Shown in pieces: positions 1 to 15,500 of a DNA stretch of 64,000 nt (position 1 is its first letter; each line of letters opens with the position of its first letter). The DNA is from Phoronis australis (Eukaryota; Animalia; Phoronida): NCBI GenBank assembly GCA_002633005.1, contig NMRA01000433.1, positions 288,891-352,890 of the forward strand, given 5' to 3'. Below the pieces are notes generated by a model. The model saw only the letters and a program-made list of their open reading frames with translations. It ran no database searches and was not told the origin of the DNA. Made by a program: the position numbers and the translations under genes.

Positions 1-1952
1 AATAAAGTCCCCCGTATGTAGAACTAAGTAGAAACGTCAATTCAACGTATAAGAAAACCAAAAATCATTCTCCGAAACAACAGCTTTCAAGTATGACGTT
101 GCATTTGGTTTTCTTGAACGGTTCCGTGATTTCCACAAGCCAGTCAGTCTACATGAACGCCCATATTCGGATAATCATCCGGAAGTTGAAGGAGAGTTGT
201 AGTTTTGGAGGCTCAGTTGTCACTTTTCAAATTGAAAAGTTAAAAAGAATGTCACATTTTCTCTGTTGTTTTCCTCACTCGTCTACGCCCGATGAACAAA
301 GCACACCAGGTTGTAAATAAAAACTTCGATTTTTCGTTCACCACAAGCTGATTACTTGTCCAAATCAATCGGATGTATATATACATATATATACCCAAAT
401 CAATAGTTTTTCAAAAACTGCTGACTCCAGCTTCAACGTTATTTAATAATTAGATCTTAAGTTCTGCAGTATGCGGACGTTTAGGTCACGCTCTGCATGA
501 GATTTTTGCTCTCTTCGTGTTCAGCTAACATTTGAATTTCCTTTTTACAGTGATCTAAGAGACAAATCCCTTCCTGAAAGATATTAAGAGACACCAAATA
601 CAGACAAAATTATAACGTAATGCAAATGGAAAACAAAACTAGAGTATGGTGTGTCTGTAAATTTAGAGACGAGAACAGTGTTCAGTTTCCAATTGGGATT
701 ACTCTCATGGCATTTTACTTTTATTTTGTACCGTATTTTAACAAGAGCCAGGAACAAACGAATAAACTTTATTATACATACATACAAACATTCGGTAGTA
801 GCTTTCATAGACAAGAAATTGGTTGAAGCCATGAATGTACTTTTTGTTACACAGCTTAATATATGGTTGCACTCAACAGTTAGGCTGGTGCCACGGCCAA
901 CTGCCACTCCCAAAACATTAAAACTTTGGGGTAGACCAAGTTTGGGGCATTTTGTAGGTACATGTAAGCATTGCATGTAGGCTCAGTGAATGTGGTTTGT
1001 TTGTGTTTGTGATCAGATTGAAAACGAAAAGATACTACTTGTTCGGCTGTAACTGCACTCTTCTTCAAGATGGCGGCCCCCGGGTGCAATAATTTAATTG
1101 TGCATTGCTGGGTAGCGACTGAGAAATTGGATGCGATTTCAGGTAGCCATCAAACAAGTCAGAATTGCCAAACAACTAGGTTGTTGACAGCACATTTGAA
1201 CTACATTTTCGGAATCTGTAGGAAATTTACTTTCAGAATCTAATGTTGGATTTAGTCGTGTATTGGCACGGAAGTGGTATTTTTATGTTGAAATGTGCCA
1301 ATTTCGTGCTTTTTGCCCCTTTTTCTCAGCCTACCTTGCTTTTCAGTAGGATTGGAAGGGCCAAAATGCGAGACAATAAATTTTCTGTGCTCATCTGAAG
1401 GGCTTTTTATGTGAAATAACTGAAAACATGCAATTCTTTGCGTTCTGTTTTCGACAGAGTGAAGAAAAGGTGACAAATCAAGTGGCGTGTGTGTTTGCTG
1501 GGCAAAACCCAGTGAGAACTGGTCTGTGCTTCCTATACTCGCTCGTAGTCTCAAAAAATTTCCTATCTTCAAGTGTGTAGTTATGACGCAAAGCACCAAG
1601 AGACGCAACGGACAAACAAGTTAAAACACCAGCTACATTTCTGAACCACGCGTCTCATCATTAGGCAATGAGAGAAATGAACTCACATGAACCCCAAAAC
1701 TGTGAAATAAGATCATTTTTACACCAACATGGCCAAAAATAACTTGGCAAAAAAAGCTGACGATGCCGCTATTCGATATGTTGAAAACGATACAATTTGG
1801 TTAAAGATTTTAGAGTCCCTATTGGTCACTCACGGAAAACCTGTGCTGAATGAGCAGCTGACAGGCGTGTACTGCACGCTGGCTCAGTTCCGTTAGTCTG
1901 GCTTCCTACCGTGTGATACATTCACACTCTCTGCTTTTATGCCCTCTACCAA

Positions 1953-2103
1953 CCTCCCGTTCAGTAACGCTACAACCTCGCTTAAAAGCAAGACTTTGCG
2001 AGATTACGCGAGATATTGCCGTGTATTTTAAATAAGAGCACGTGACTTTGACTAGGTTTTAACTAGGTCCTAGCGTAGGTCCTAGCGTCTACTGAACGCA
2101 CGC
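1953..2103 (+). repeat. Copy of the 140-160 bp CGTTCAGTA/TACTGAACG short element
   Basis: Near-identical to 41801-41939. Confidence 0.8.
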
Positions 2104-2177
2104 CTGCTGTCACATTCTATTTCACTGTTTCTTTCGCTTCCTGTATATTTCTCTCACTCATTGCCTGACGATGAGAC

Positions 2178-2250
2178 ACATACATACATACATACATACA
2201 TACATACATACATTTATATATACATACATACATATATACATACATGTACA
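2178..2250. repeat. (TACA)n microsatellite
   Basis: Run of CATA/TACA units with a few interruptions. Confidence 0.9.
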
Positions 2251-4562
2251 CAGTATAGGCCCAACAAGTTTTGCCTACAGGAAATTTACGAAGTTAAACT
2301 AAAGAGTCACTTTTCTCAAAATACGATGTCACGTGATTGAAAACGAATGTGTGACTTTTTAAAGAGAGAATTCATTTTTGCAACCACTGGGATTCCATAA
2401 GAACTTAGTAAAATAGTAAAAATGCGGTGTAATGCGAAAGAACTTCGTGAATGTTGACAATTACCTTATGTATGTACTGCACGTGAAATGTGTTGCATTA
2501 AATTGCCATCATGAGAATCAAGGAAAACGGAGGAACATTTCACCGAAATGGCTGATCGGATTCATATGAAACTCTCGGGTACCAAGTACCCGTCCTCCAA
2601 AGCTTGCAAGTAATTTTTATTTTTTTTCCTTTTGAAGGCTATAAAAAGCAAGACATTTATGATTTTGATGACAAAAAACACAATTGTTGCATAAAACGAT
2701 AACAAGAGGGACATTAAAAAGGTGACTTTTTGAGATCTGATCTTCAACATTTAGATCAAATGAAATTTGATCGTGCTATTTATGCCGTTGTTTTGATACC
2801 GAAGTACATTTATTCTTCCATGTGCTGAGCTTTACTGTAAAGACATGGTCACGCGTTCCAATCAATGGCAGATTGCGTACTGAGTTAGAATCTACACTTT
2901 TGTGGATATTTTGCTAATTCCACATAGTAGCCGACAGGTCGTACATATTCTTGATAAAATCCCAACTGACTAAAATTGGTATTAAACAGCCACATTAAAA
3001 TTTTTGAAGTCGTCACTTCTCCATAATGAACAACCTTTTGTCAATACGGGATGATACCCGTCAATCGTCATCAACGCATTTTATGAAATACAAGAACAAA
3101 AAGTAAAACAAAATTAAATATTTCAGAGTAACGTTTAATCTAATTTCTCTGTTGTAAGAGATTTCATTATAAGAGCGAAAACCATTGTGTAATTTTCCAA
3201 GACTTCACCTGTTTCAGCATAAGTACTGTACGACCTGTAAAAAGCCGTGAACCTGTATCTGACAACAACAGTAAATATTCCTTCAAACTACCAGTGTTGC
3301 AATAAAAAGGGCCTCAACTTGTAGTAATTCAATCGTAACTACTGCAGAAAGTCCGAGATACTATTGTCTCGCTTACCGTTACAAAACCTTGTCAAAATAA
3401 CAAGAAGAACCCAGATCCGTTTCTCCATATTGATGTGTGCACACAGCAATGGTGAGAGGTCAATGCTATATTGGGTTTTACAGATTATTCGATATCAGCG
3501 AGGTCCAAAACAAATACAGTTAAAAGGTATGTTCGATCTCCGACGGCTCTTTCTTTGTTGTTCCCTTTGTCCGAGTAGCAATCACTATCGGGAAGATCGA
3601 AAATAGTTTGCATGGGTCGGTCTATGGCCACGGTTCGGGTCTTTGTAGAAAATGGCGTGGATCAAGTTTGTGGACTAAATGAAAACCGTTTACCAAGAAT
3701 GTCATTCAGTTGTTCCGTGAGGTTGTTTTGAGTAAAGTGAATTCAGAAATTTGGGCCTGCTCTTATCTACAGGGATTCGGAAGTCCAGCCAATTTTCTGA
3801 GCACATCCTTGTTCAATGTTGAATTTTTGGCGCGAATCCAGCTACCCTTTGAAGAAGAAAATTTGGAAAATTTGGTCGGTGATTACATAATTATTTAAAC
3901 ATAAATTCTAGAGAGCAAGGGCATTAGGACTATGGTCTCCTCCTTTGCAACAAGACAATTCGGAATTTGCTATTTTAGGTACACAAAGACAAAAATTGCG
4001 ATTTTTAAAACATTTTTGCAGCTCAACTTTTCCGGTGGATGTACAGTGTTGCAATTCAAAAAGACATCAGGCTTTGTTGAATTTCTTCAAGTTCAAGAAA
4101 CCCATAGAGTTTGCTTTCTGTCAGTTATTTCTTTTTCAGGTGCCTCGAAACACGGTGCCAGCATGGTCTTTCATTGACCCAGACCAGTGATAACGTCAAA
4201 ATCAGCCACTCGAGTTGGGGTTTTTGCCTTTGCCATTTTACACTCATGTCAGAAACACGCAACCTGTCTATAACTAAATACTTCTACTACTGAAACTGGT
4301 TTTCCCCGGCTGGTGACGTCTTTTTTAGTTCTCTCTTACGGAAATACTCTACTGCGTTACGGGGACATGTACACCTAAATATGTTCGGGCAAATGTCTCT
4401 TAGACCACTGAAAGCGTCAACACCGAACAAGCAACCAGTTGGCATAGGCAAAGATAATCCGAAAAATTATTCCTCCTTCCGGCAGACCACAGATATATTT
4501 CATAACCAACTTACACCCAATTATGGTTTTCGGTTCTAAAACTTTACAAAAATTGACATCTG

Positions 4563-4725
4563 GCGTGCGTTCAGTAACGCTGGGACCTACATGTACGCTA
4601 GGACCTAGCAAAAATCTAGTCAAAGCCACATGTTCTCATTTAAAATACACGGCAATGTTTCCCGTAAACTCGCGAAGTTTTGCTTTTTAGCGAGGTTCTA
4701 CAGTTACAGTGTACTGAACGGGAGG
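4563..4725 (-). repeat. Inverted copy of the same short element
   Basis: Reverse complement aligns with 1953-2103; flanked by CTG and CAG. Confidence 0.75.
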
Positions 4726-5529
4726 CAGGCTTTCGAAGGAATCCATCCCGGAAGTGCACGAGAGACACAGTTAGCACTGAATAGCCGTCAGTGACATTAG
4801 GGGATGTCTCAGGTGAAAAAATAGCCGCAAGTCGAGAGATTTCTGAGTTATCTTGTCATTGACTTGGAGAGTTCAATTCTTTTGAGTACTGGGGAAATCG
4901 ACAAGAAAAGTAGGCACATGGTGTGGAGAATTTCCAAATTTCTGGGAAGTCGTAAGCACTGATTCAAGAAAACAACTTGAAACGTAGGTTTCCAAACCCG
5001 AAATACGCCAATCTCTTGTTCAGATACGATATTTGGACAAGCCTGTTGAAACCTGTCAAAAATCTGGCAACCAGTGCAGCTACTGAAAATCAAAAAAACG
5101 CAATAAAACTGGGTGCAACGCCTGAGGCAAAAGAGAAAAACGTGTACGAAGCAAAATGCCAGGGAACACGACGTCACGACCAACGATCGACCGCACATTG
5201 AACAATCAACACAGAAGCCGCGCTATTTGTCATACTACTTTGCCTAAGATCTAATGCAGTCATACTAGTTCGGATGAACAATCGTGTACAGCATGGCTTA
5301 CTCTTTTACGGGAAGTTGTACCTGTAAACGTTCATTTGGTATCTGGAATTAGACGGTGGCGCCTATATGTGATGTTTATACAATCATGCAGCCTTCGACA
5401 TTGAGCAACACTGCCCCGATTTTCTGCAGTTAAAGCAATTTTGAAACCTTGCGTACATACATTTATTTTTTTGATTTCATAATCGTTCTGAGAACATCTG
5501 TAAGATTGTTAAGGCAGGAAGATTGATGT

Positions 5530-5700
5530 CTCACACCAACTTACACCAAAGAAAATGTCATTTATCCTCAATTCCACCTTTGTCGCAGCATGGGACATGA
5601 CCATCTTAAACGTTCCACATACCTCAGGCAAGATGGGTATGGGATTTATACCGTTAAGAGGACAATACGAAAACTTTAGCCACCTTATCAAACATGGCAT
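5530..5700 (-). mobile_element. Decayed non-LTR retrotransposon C-terminal zinc-knuckle fragment
   Basis: Minus frame with stops reads ...G.W...VPCCDKGGIEDK*HFLWCKL, matching the CxxC...IEDExHFLxxC tail of LINE ORF2 proteins. Confidence 0.45.
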
Positions 5701-6410
5701 ATCGGTATGTTTTGTGTACTGAACTTTCGCGGAATAAGAATTCGCGAACTTTCAATTCAGCGTGTTTTGTAATGGCTAAAAGTACATGTATACTAAATTC
5801 TATTTTGGTGATTTTAGCCAATCCTCGTTCTGTCACCTGTTAATGCACCGTTGTCGTCTCACTTGAGTGATAAAAGCACAAATCATCTAAAACACACATT
5901 GCCCGTGTCAAAGATTGGATATTGCCGCGGTTCTCGGCGTGTTGGCTTTCCGGTCGTGTAACTGGCCTAAAGCGTAGGTCACACTTGTCCGTTCAGCAGA
6001 CTTTGTAATGAGTTTACGAAATTTGCTCCAAACGTTTGAGTGTTGTAGAAGGTTATAGGGCATTATGTTGTTTCAGAGAACTGGGCGGGAACGCCACTTG
6101 AAATACACGTATGTCGGTAGGTCGATCAAGGTAGGTATCCTTTTAAAAATAGTTGCATCGGACGTGCACGGGCCGCTCAGCATTGCCCCAAACACCTGAT
6201 TGACAAACTTAATCAGCTTCGGGCGCTACGGCTTACAGTTTCAATGTAGCACGTTCCAAAATTCCAATAGACTATTTATTGCGAAGAAAACATTGAAAAC
6301 ATTCCATTTCATAGCAGTAGATGCAAATACAGGCAGTATGTTCTTAACCTGAGCAAAGGCAATACAAATTGATTGCATATACATCCATTCGTTCATGTTC
6401 ACAAAGCACT

Positions 6411-6569
6411 TTAAGAAGCGGTATTCGGACAGCCGTATATTTCCATCCGCAAGGCGGCGTAGGACTCAGCAGATATCATCCACAATCTAACAAATTTGCC
6501 ATCGAAGGGTGGGTTGAAAAACTGTGTACGAACGGAATCGATGTGATCAATCTGGTTACCTGCCAATGC
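6411..6569 (-). CDS. Terminal exon, C-terminal third of F5/8 type C domain
   Basis: tttttacag acceptor, then ALAGNQIDHIDSVRTQFFNPPFDGKFVRLWMISAESYAALRMEIYGCPNTAS-stop. The ALRMEIYGC ending is typical of discoidin domains. AATAAA on the minus strand at 6275-6280. Confidence 0.9.
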   Translation of the reverse strand, partial: ALAGNQIDHIDSVRTQFFNPPFDGKFVRLWMISAESYAALRMEIYGCPNTAS

Positions 6570-9500
6570 CTGTAAAAAGATGCAGAAAATAGATCAAGTG
6601 ACATTCATAGTAAATAAGATTTTTTAATTATTTGTTGACATCTGAGGTGCAGAAGCCACATTCCAAAATAAAGTATCCATACTTTTGAAGTAAAACGTAC
6701 TATGCTCTAACTGACCTTTTCGACATGTGGGACAACAGACCAATCAGAAGGACTTGCGTACATGTATTTTCATTGTCCCAATTTACCTCGGGGTGAACTT
6801 TGAGCATGTGCGAACTTCAGTCATACGGCCAATTTTCCTTCAGTTTGAGAGCCCTACGATTCGCTTCGGCTTTATGACTGAAGCCTGAATTTTGAGGTCA
6901 TGTGCGAAAATACCAGTGGTGTTCCAGATGACCCCTAACACACTTCAAACTCGAGACGGACATGAAGGCCAAACTATAACTACAGTCGATCTACATGTTA
7001 TGGCATTGCTCACAAGTCTGACGTAGCGCCAACAATGCCTCAAAGTGCTCGCTGGTTCCCTGCGTGTCGAGTCAGAACGCAGGTATCACGTCATTGGTTG
7101 ATGACCTCTGCTGTCATTGGTTAGCTTTACAACAATTTAATGAGAAAATGGCCGACTAAAAACGGTTTTTAGCCTTATCTAGTGTCGTAGCGGCAACTAT
7201 TTCGTTTCAGTAATGTTTAGTAACCGCGTGCTTGAAGCACGCACATGTAGTCTACAATAAGAATTGCTCTGAAACCCCCTCGACACGCCGTCATCTGGCC
7301 GGTTTAACTAGCAGGGCTATATTATTCCTACTGTGTGAATACAGGACAGCAACGTAAACAAAAGTCAGCGACAGTAGAAAGATGCACTCCGAAAAGGTGC
7401 AACCACAATTTATGGGATTCACATTTCTTGAACATGAATTTTAAGCACCGATTTGTCTGTGCAACAGACCACATTTACACTTCCTTCATCAGTCATGTTA
7501 GTTTGTTTGCCTAAAGCGCTTCCTATTGAGAATTCGACCAGCCAATCAGAAACACCGGTGTAAAAAATTCTCCGGAAAATTAAATGATACCTTCGTGCTG
7601 GCTACCACCTAGCGGCTCGCAGGGAACCAGCTAAAAGTGTAACTCAACACCAATTTGGAGTATGAGATGGGACTTGGGATCGACAATTTAAGCCATACCG
7701 AAATTCTCGAAGATGCTGGTGCAGCAATCTAATTTGCCCCTGGCTTGTTATTGGCTATCCCGTGTGACATAGCAGCGTGAATGACGAAATGCGCGCGCTT
7801 TGTTTTTCCATAGTGTGAACATATTCTGCTGTCTGTGTTCCTTGTTTTCGTGTTATTTAAATACACTTTCGCTATGGTGAAGCGCTGCGACACGTTTATT
7901 TATTTGTTCTTCCACAGGAGAAGGCCCTCGCCGGGAAATGGCACAAATTTATGTGTAACCCAAGAATATGGGACAAAATCCAGCTATGCTTTCTAACTCC
8001 TTGTTTAAAAAAATCACTTCGCCAAGTCTTGCTTTGACAAGAATGATGTATAAATGGCCAAGATTGAACAACCCGGGAATCGAACCGGCAAGCGCCCTGA
8101 CATGTATATCACGGATCGGTTAATAGACAAATGCCCGCTAATCAGGAATCACAAATATCGTTACTTTTCTGTTAGAGCCTATTTCTACACTGGAAACTGT
8201 AAACGGGCTAATATACATGTAGGGGTTTTATCGGTACGTTAACGTGTTCAAAGTGTGTAGATGGTGTTGAGCAACACTTTAAATGCTTTACCAAAGATCA
8301 AAATTCGTTAGGAGCCGATTACTGCATGACCAGAAATCAATAGGTTTTCTGTGAAGGACACTAACTCTTATATGCTGAAGGTTTGGGGATATTTCTTATT
8401 GATGTGATAGTCACGCCATAGGAAATCAAATTGGATCACTATCGAGTAAAGTGTTGGTAAACGCAAACTGTCTGCTACAGAGTACGGCTAGTTTAAATTT
8501 AAGAGCATACCTGTTCGTTGTTGTACCACATCCAGTTAGATCCATCGAGAGAGAATTGGATTTTGTACGTGAAGATCCTCTCGTTATTGTCAAATCTCCC
8601 CTAAAATTAACAATGAGCATTAGTTCCTGTCATTTTATGAAAAACATTCTCGTGATCTCAGTTTTGCATTAACCTCGTTCATTTCATGTAAAAGTCATAC
8701 TATGTGTGAGTGAACGTGCACTCGTGCGTGCGTGCGTGCGTGTGTAGGTATGTATGAATTCGTTCATGCACGTGCGCACGTGTTTAATCTTTGGGTATGA
8801 ATTCATGTATTTGCATTGAATTCTTTGGATGACTCAAAAGCAGTAAGTCAAAAGCCTTGTAACATACTTGTGTTGCTACTCCTGTGACGCGATGAATGCT
8901 GGGTAATTCGACTTGAAACCATTCCGCATTCGAACTCCCTGAGTTGGAGCGCCACCCGTCGGCGCCATCAAGCCAGTCACTGTACAGACGTGCCCTGTAA
9001 CTTTCGTGGAGTTCAGATTGGGTACTGGCAGTCATTTTGCTGTCCGGTATCCGGCCATCTTCCATACCAAGTGGTTGAGGGGCCCAGCATTGATTGAGGT
9101 CTGTACCTTTGGGAAATTTCATTGATGCTTAATTATCTACGTCTTTATCCGTTGATTTATTTTTTAAATATGGAAGCCATGTTAGTACCGTTAAAATATA
9201 TATTTAGGGCAGATCAAGTAAAAGAACTATTATGTTGGGACATCTCGTTTTGTTCACTAACGAGAGTTGAATATTTTGATATAATTTTGAGATCCTCACA
9301 AAACTGAGTCGTGAAATAAATTTTCTCATTTCTGTGGTTTTGATGTGGTCAGGATGGAACTCACATTATTTGTGTTAAGGTTGTGTACGCTAGAAAATAT
9401 CCAACTTTGGCTATTTCCCAAGCACCATATCTCACAAATGGCTGATTGTATTCACATAAAGCCTTCAGATACTACGGTACTGTTCTTCATACACAGTTCT

Positions 9501-12500
9501 CCAAATGCGACTGGGGGGCTATCAAAATAGGATTTTAATGATTTTCAGGAAAAAATAAAAATTGTCTATTAAAAGCCGAAATGATATTTTAGAAAACGAA
9601 ACAGCAGTTTTGAGATCTCACCTTTTTGAGATCTCACCTTGAAGAAATTTGATCATGTTAGCGTTATTTTGCTAACAATGTACTTTTCTTAATAAAAAGT
9701 CCAAATTCCATCGCTTTTCCTTTTTCATTTGAAAGTATACCTTTCAATAAGTTGAAATCTACCAAGTTTTAGATATTTGACTAAACACAGAGAGTTGTTA
9801 ATTACGTCCTACACAACCAGAATGACTTCATTCTCGTCTAACTTTGAAATGCCGATATTGTTACGATATCTTTCGCTAGGTGGCGTCAATTACTGGAATG
9901 TTAAAAGGTTAAGGTCATATAAAGCGTTTATTAAGCACTGTCTTCGACTAGAGATGAAGTGCTCGAAGTAGCTTTAAATGAAATGGAATGTGCGGCGGTA
10001 AAGGCCAACCACATTCTGCGTAGCACGCAAAATACACCACAACAACATTGTATTTGAAAGTAGCCCTCGACGTGAAGCATTAATGTAGGACTGAATTGAA
10101 TGGCAATCTGAAGAGGGCTCCTGACACTACTTTGACTGTGAAGCGAACTTTCACCTTCAGGGAGTATACGTTGTATACACTTCTTATCACTGGCTGTGTT
10201 TCCGTTCTCAAATAGAGCAGAAAGTGAAATTACTCATCTTAATTGTTCAGGCAACTCTTATCCAAACGCTGTCAGATTAATTGTACTATAGAGTAACTGA
10301 GCAGGAAGCAGGGACTTGAGGTTTTCTGATGTCCAGAGTTGCATGCCTGCAAACTCCGGACGGTCCATCACGGTCGACAATACAGCATTATGTTAAAATG
10401 GGCAACAACTGTGGTAGCGCATCAAAAATTACGGATGTTTCACACCACCGGGCCTGCGTAGTGCCGCCTACCGAGTACGCCAAGCTTACGCTGCCGGTCT
10501 ACGCTGTCTTTGCCAATGACAATTCGACGAGGTACACAAACGGGTACACGTTAAGGTTATTTAGTTTGTGCATTCAACTAAAACTATATGATGTAAGTAT
10601 GCCTTTTCTGAATTTTGACATTATGCTCTCTGGCAGTATTTTGGTGGCGTGACCACGCACTTTTGGACTGAATTATAACATGACTGAGTAAAAAAGAAAG
10701 GTAGTCATAGCCAAAGGGTAGCAATAAACGTTATAAACTTACGATTGATATAAATTTAAATTTTCATGATGGAATCTCAACAACGGTCTCTTAATATTCT
10801 TTGATAAGCTTCGATTTCCGTTATTAACAAGAAAATCGAAATCATAAGCAAAAGCTTAATAGCTTTTTGGAATTGCCACAGTGGCGGATCCCACCGGGGG
10901 CAACATTTTGACACGTAAACAATCTCATATATCCACGTAGACCAGCGTACGGGCACAGCATAGGGCAGTTTACGCTCGGCAAATACTGGGTACGCCGCAC
11001 GGTACATGAGTGTACGAAAGTCTGGTGTGAATTACGCACCCCCTAGTATGAGCCACAATCCGTACGGCGCTTAGCGGAACGAACCACATACACTAGGATA
11101 CGTATCGTATCGTTTTTCCTCACTTTCACGCGCACAGCATCATTTAGAACAAAGCAAATTTTACAATCATAGACCAGCATTGTTCTCACTAATAATCCTC
11201 GCCTATGTTATTTATTTTTGGTTAGGTATCTGACGCTATCTTTTGGCCAGGAGTGCACATTAATACTTACTTGTATTTCTAAATTCTGTCACTGTGATGC
11301 AGTCTCCTTGGGAATGTCGAGCGTAATGACACTTTGGTGTCGTCTGCTGGAAACAGGTGTCCATGCACTGTTCATATGTCTTGTACTTAACAACATTAGC
11401 GGTATAACTAAGCAGCGCTGCAAACAGAATTTGTTTTTTGAGAATAGGGAAAGGACCAATCGCACGCTAACTGAGAGGCCGATGTTCAAGAACGCTAGGT
11501 GAATTCCGAACTAAAATTACAGAAAGGTAAGAGGAGGGGCGGATCTAGGATTTTGAGTTAGGGGGTCAGCACACAGCATTAGCCAGGATTTTGTCCGTCA
11601 GACATTCGTACCCTAGAGCTGCCAAATGGAATATGGGAGAATTTTAAGGGGAGGGCATGCCCCCCGGTCCTCAGCCCCCTCTAAATCCGCCACTGAGAAG
11701 TTAAATCGTATATACCGGCAAGGTTAAATTTAGGCAAACTAAACTTGCATACAGCTGTACATTACCGGAACTTCCGCGTCATGAGCCGCACAAATCTCGC
11801 GTTAGGTTAGTCTTGCAGACAAACCCGACACCCACAATAGTCTAATGGCACAGATTGCATTTAACTAAGGAATTATCGTTAAGATCTTCCTTTTTCCTAA
11901 CTGTAACCCTTTAGCGTCCAACATCTTACGTATTTCGCAGTTTTTCCCATCCCAAGACGAGGTGCAGTCACACGTGTAATCGTCGATATAATCTCTACAA
12001 GATCCGCCATGTAGACAAGGGGATGATAAACAGGAGTCGGCTGGAAAGTAAAAGAATCACATTGTCACAGGGGTTCGTTCCGTAGACGCAAGACTCCGGC
12101 GAACGAATCTAGAGTAATCACGCACTTCACTTGTACTGAATAAAGACTTTCGTGATCTAGCTTTACTTTCAAGAAACTATTTATGCGGAACGCGGATATG
12201 GTTAGCCTTAGAACGTGGATAAAATTTCACCTGGCTACTCGACGGCTTTTTTATTTTCCGAAGTAGCAGCTGGCCTATTGGCTAGAATGCAACGGATGTG
12301 CTGCCGAAAATTGAGACTACAAGTCGATCAAGCTATTTAAATGTATTTGCAATTTCTATTGGATGAGAATTAACTGACGTACCGAGGCTCGCATAGACAC
12401 TGAATTGAGCAGAGTCCCCACATTTTCGGCTCGGGTCGTCGACACATGTCGAATTACATCCATTGTATTGTGTGTTGGAGGAGTGCGCGTGGTACTCGTC

Positions 12501-15500
12501 CGGTATTGTGAAGATCCCCGTCTGGACACTGGTCAAGTCACTGGTGCACCAACATTCCTAAAGGATGCCCAACGTGTAGCAGGGTTTACGTGCAGGAAAA
12601 CATTATGCAAGATCTCTTAAAGTCCTTGTCTCACGCGTTGTTAATCCTTATTACATGGTTAGAAGATGTTATAAGGATCCAAGAAGTACCTACCCCATAA
12701 CTAATACACGATCCGTACTCGAAAACAGTTTAAATGAACGCGCCACTCACGATTTGCACCCGAAGAAACACAGCCATTTTGAACTTGCCGCGAACCCGGA
12801 AGTACAATTCATTCAGGAACCCAGGCCGAGAAAACGCCGTCAGTGCGACTGGAGCAGAGCCGGTACTGTTACCAGCCAGCAAACGGGGATGAAAAAATCG
12901 ACAGCGCGCCTTAATTTTGATAAAATCAAACTACGGACAATTTTATGGAATTTGCTGAAGAAATGTGGCGAATAAATTTTGACAGAAATTATTTTGCTAG
13001 ACTCGGGACCGCAGCCTATCGGACCCGGTGCGGATCGAGACCAGACACTGGCGAACGGTAAATGCATGCGGTTGCAAGCTGTTTTGTCGAAGTAAAATGG
13101 TCAAATGATAAATGCTGCATATATTCAAGGGTAGTTTCAGACACTTGCATGAAATTACGGGCTGGTTAGTCCTGTGTCACACTGCCGCGGCAGACCTTAG
13201 TTAGCCTCAGTCACCAGCTACCAGTGAAGACTATAGTCAAAATACAGCTTGTTAGTAGGCCTATACAGCTTTGCGCCAAGACTACCCTTAGGCCTAACTG
13301 GTCGCTGGCCACAAACACAAAAAACACGAAAATTGAACAAAGTTTCTTTTTTGTAGCAACGTTTGTCAAAATGTATCAACGTTAAATCTTCACAAATTAC
13401 AAAGTAGCCGATTGAACATGCCTTTCAGTTCAGCAAAAGTCGACATTGTAGGTGCCGCCAGAAATGAGACGAAGTCCAACGGGAATTGTGAGCACATTTA
13501 TCACTTAATGAGTAACAACTGCGAGGCTGAAATTTGGTGAACACTGCTAAATCGTGCAGAATAGTAAGTAAAGATATGTCTAACTAAATTTCACCGTAAT
13601 TTGTTGGCGAAAACAATTTACACAAAGTTTTAAACTCGTAACTCATCCCGCTGTCCTCCAATATGGCCGACGCGATCCAAACAAAGTGACCCAAATTTCG
13701 CCACAAAACTTGCAATAACTTTACAGTGCTTGCCCCGATTTTGATACTTTTTCGATTTTTACTGAGTAGAATGTACTACCTTTCCGATGATAGCAAAGTA
13801 CTTTTTCAAAACGAGGAAAAAAGTAAAACCGAAAAAAATTGGTTCGACCCATATTGGTTCCTAGGTTCGACCGGCCTACGTAAGGAACTAAACACCAATG
13901 CTATTTTAACATACTAAGTACGCGTAACATTCCAAAAAAATCAACGACCACTAACTACAAACTATAAGTACACTACATATGCAAACGAATCACGATATAT
14001 TACTAATAAAACAAAATAATGAAGACTTTTCGAGCAAGCCATAGCACATTCAGTTACAAGGAAAAAATGGCGGCGTTCAGGACAAGTTCCTGAACTGACG
14101 AGCCGGAAATGTGGGTACGGAAATAACCGATGACAACCGGTAATCATACGCTCAGAGAGAAGGGTCAAATACTGTTACAAAATCGCTTTTGGCAAGAAAG
14201 GCGAAAAGAATACAAAGAAAGGGTGTCGAAAATAAGAATTTATGTAGTAAGTATTTTCGGATACTGGAACCACATGGGCAGTTTGCAACAAGGACTTTAA
14301 CGTGCCATGTTCGTATACACGTGTTAAGGAATGATATCATTCATTTATCCACCTTGTGAAGCTTGCAAGAGAGTCTCAATCAGGCTTGGTCATACAGTCT
14401 TTGGTAAGAAGAGCGGACCGGGCGGCGGCACGCAATCTATTTTTTAAACTCGGAACCAGAAACCAACTTGAAATTATTTTTATAATTTCAGTTCTGTTTT
14501 AGAACGAATTTAAAATTAGTGTGTGCGAGTATATTATGGTTTACATGCATGGATGTTTTATCATAGTTTGCACTTGGTGACCTCTGTCTCAAATGTATAG
14601 TCTCAAGTTTTTACTCCAGTTTATTTTGTAGCTAGATTCAAAAGGTCATCGAGTGCTATTTGATCTTGGTAAAGTAGCACATCTGAATAAATCATAATAT
14701 ACTAGAGCGCAAAGTTGTACACAATTAGAGTGCCTTGAGTGTGCAATAAAATAGAGCAAAATTAAGTCCGAAATTGATTTCGCGTGCAAATGTTAGACAC
14801 CGTACTCCTATCACGATGATACAAGGGATCGTTCAGACGACAAGAACATGGTACAACCAAAACACCAGAGCAAAATCATGCAGAAAACACAGACGAACAT
14901 GTTGTAGCAGACAACCAGAAGTCTTCTTTTGTAAATCAAATTTTTTGCCACATTTTGGACCCATTTTTTGTGGAATTTGCACCTTACAACCAAAATGCAT
15001 GTTTGATAAAACAAATTTCTTCTGTCTTAGGATGTTTCATCATCCTCATCATTTAATGTTGCTGACACTGGGACTGTCTCAAATGTTCACATGTGAAAAT
15101 CTACCGGTAATCCTCAGATTTTGGAATGCTATTCAGAGCACTAAAAGACCAGTGGTATCCTTGGACCAAGATATGACCATAAATAAATCCTGAAATTATG
15201 CCTGGTTATTTTATACTCACGTTTCCTTTCATCAGTCCCGCATACTTGTATCCCGTCACCCAGCACTTTTGGGTGCATGTCTTAGGAGTTACTCCACCGA
15301 TAGGTGTCACTTGGGTGTCGAAGGGAGGGTTGTCATTTTGAAAACAGCCAATGTAATCCAGTCCGTGAACTAGTTTTTTGGCGTCAACTGGCAATAAAAA
15401 ACAATTATTTTTGTAAATGTTTTACAAGGAGACATTCACCCTATGTGAGATAACTAAAATTGATCTCGTCATCCTCGTCATTTGTTTCCACAAAATATGA

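Noticed and set aside
584-1608. Overlapping 110-130 aa ORFs near the window start
   Set aside because: No recognisable motifs, no consistent splice chain, and composition typical of non-coding DNA.
6787-6934. Candidate middle F5/8C exon (GSSGTPLVFSHMTSKFRLQS) and a 70-bp hairpin at 6815-6883
   Set aside because: It has an in-frame stop and the wrong exit phase. The true exon is 8511-8600, and the hairpin looks like repeat debris.
13841-13878. ATATTGGTTCCTAG motif whose reverse complement occurs at 39411-39424, as ends of one giant 26-kb element
   Set aside because: The two motifs face outward rather than inward and there is no shared TSD. More likely independent remnants of one repeat family.
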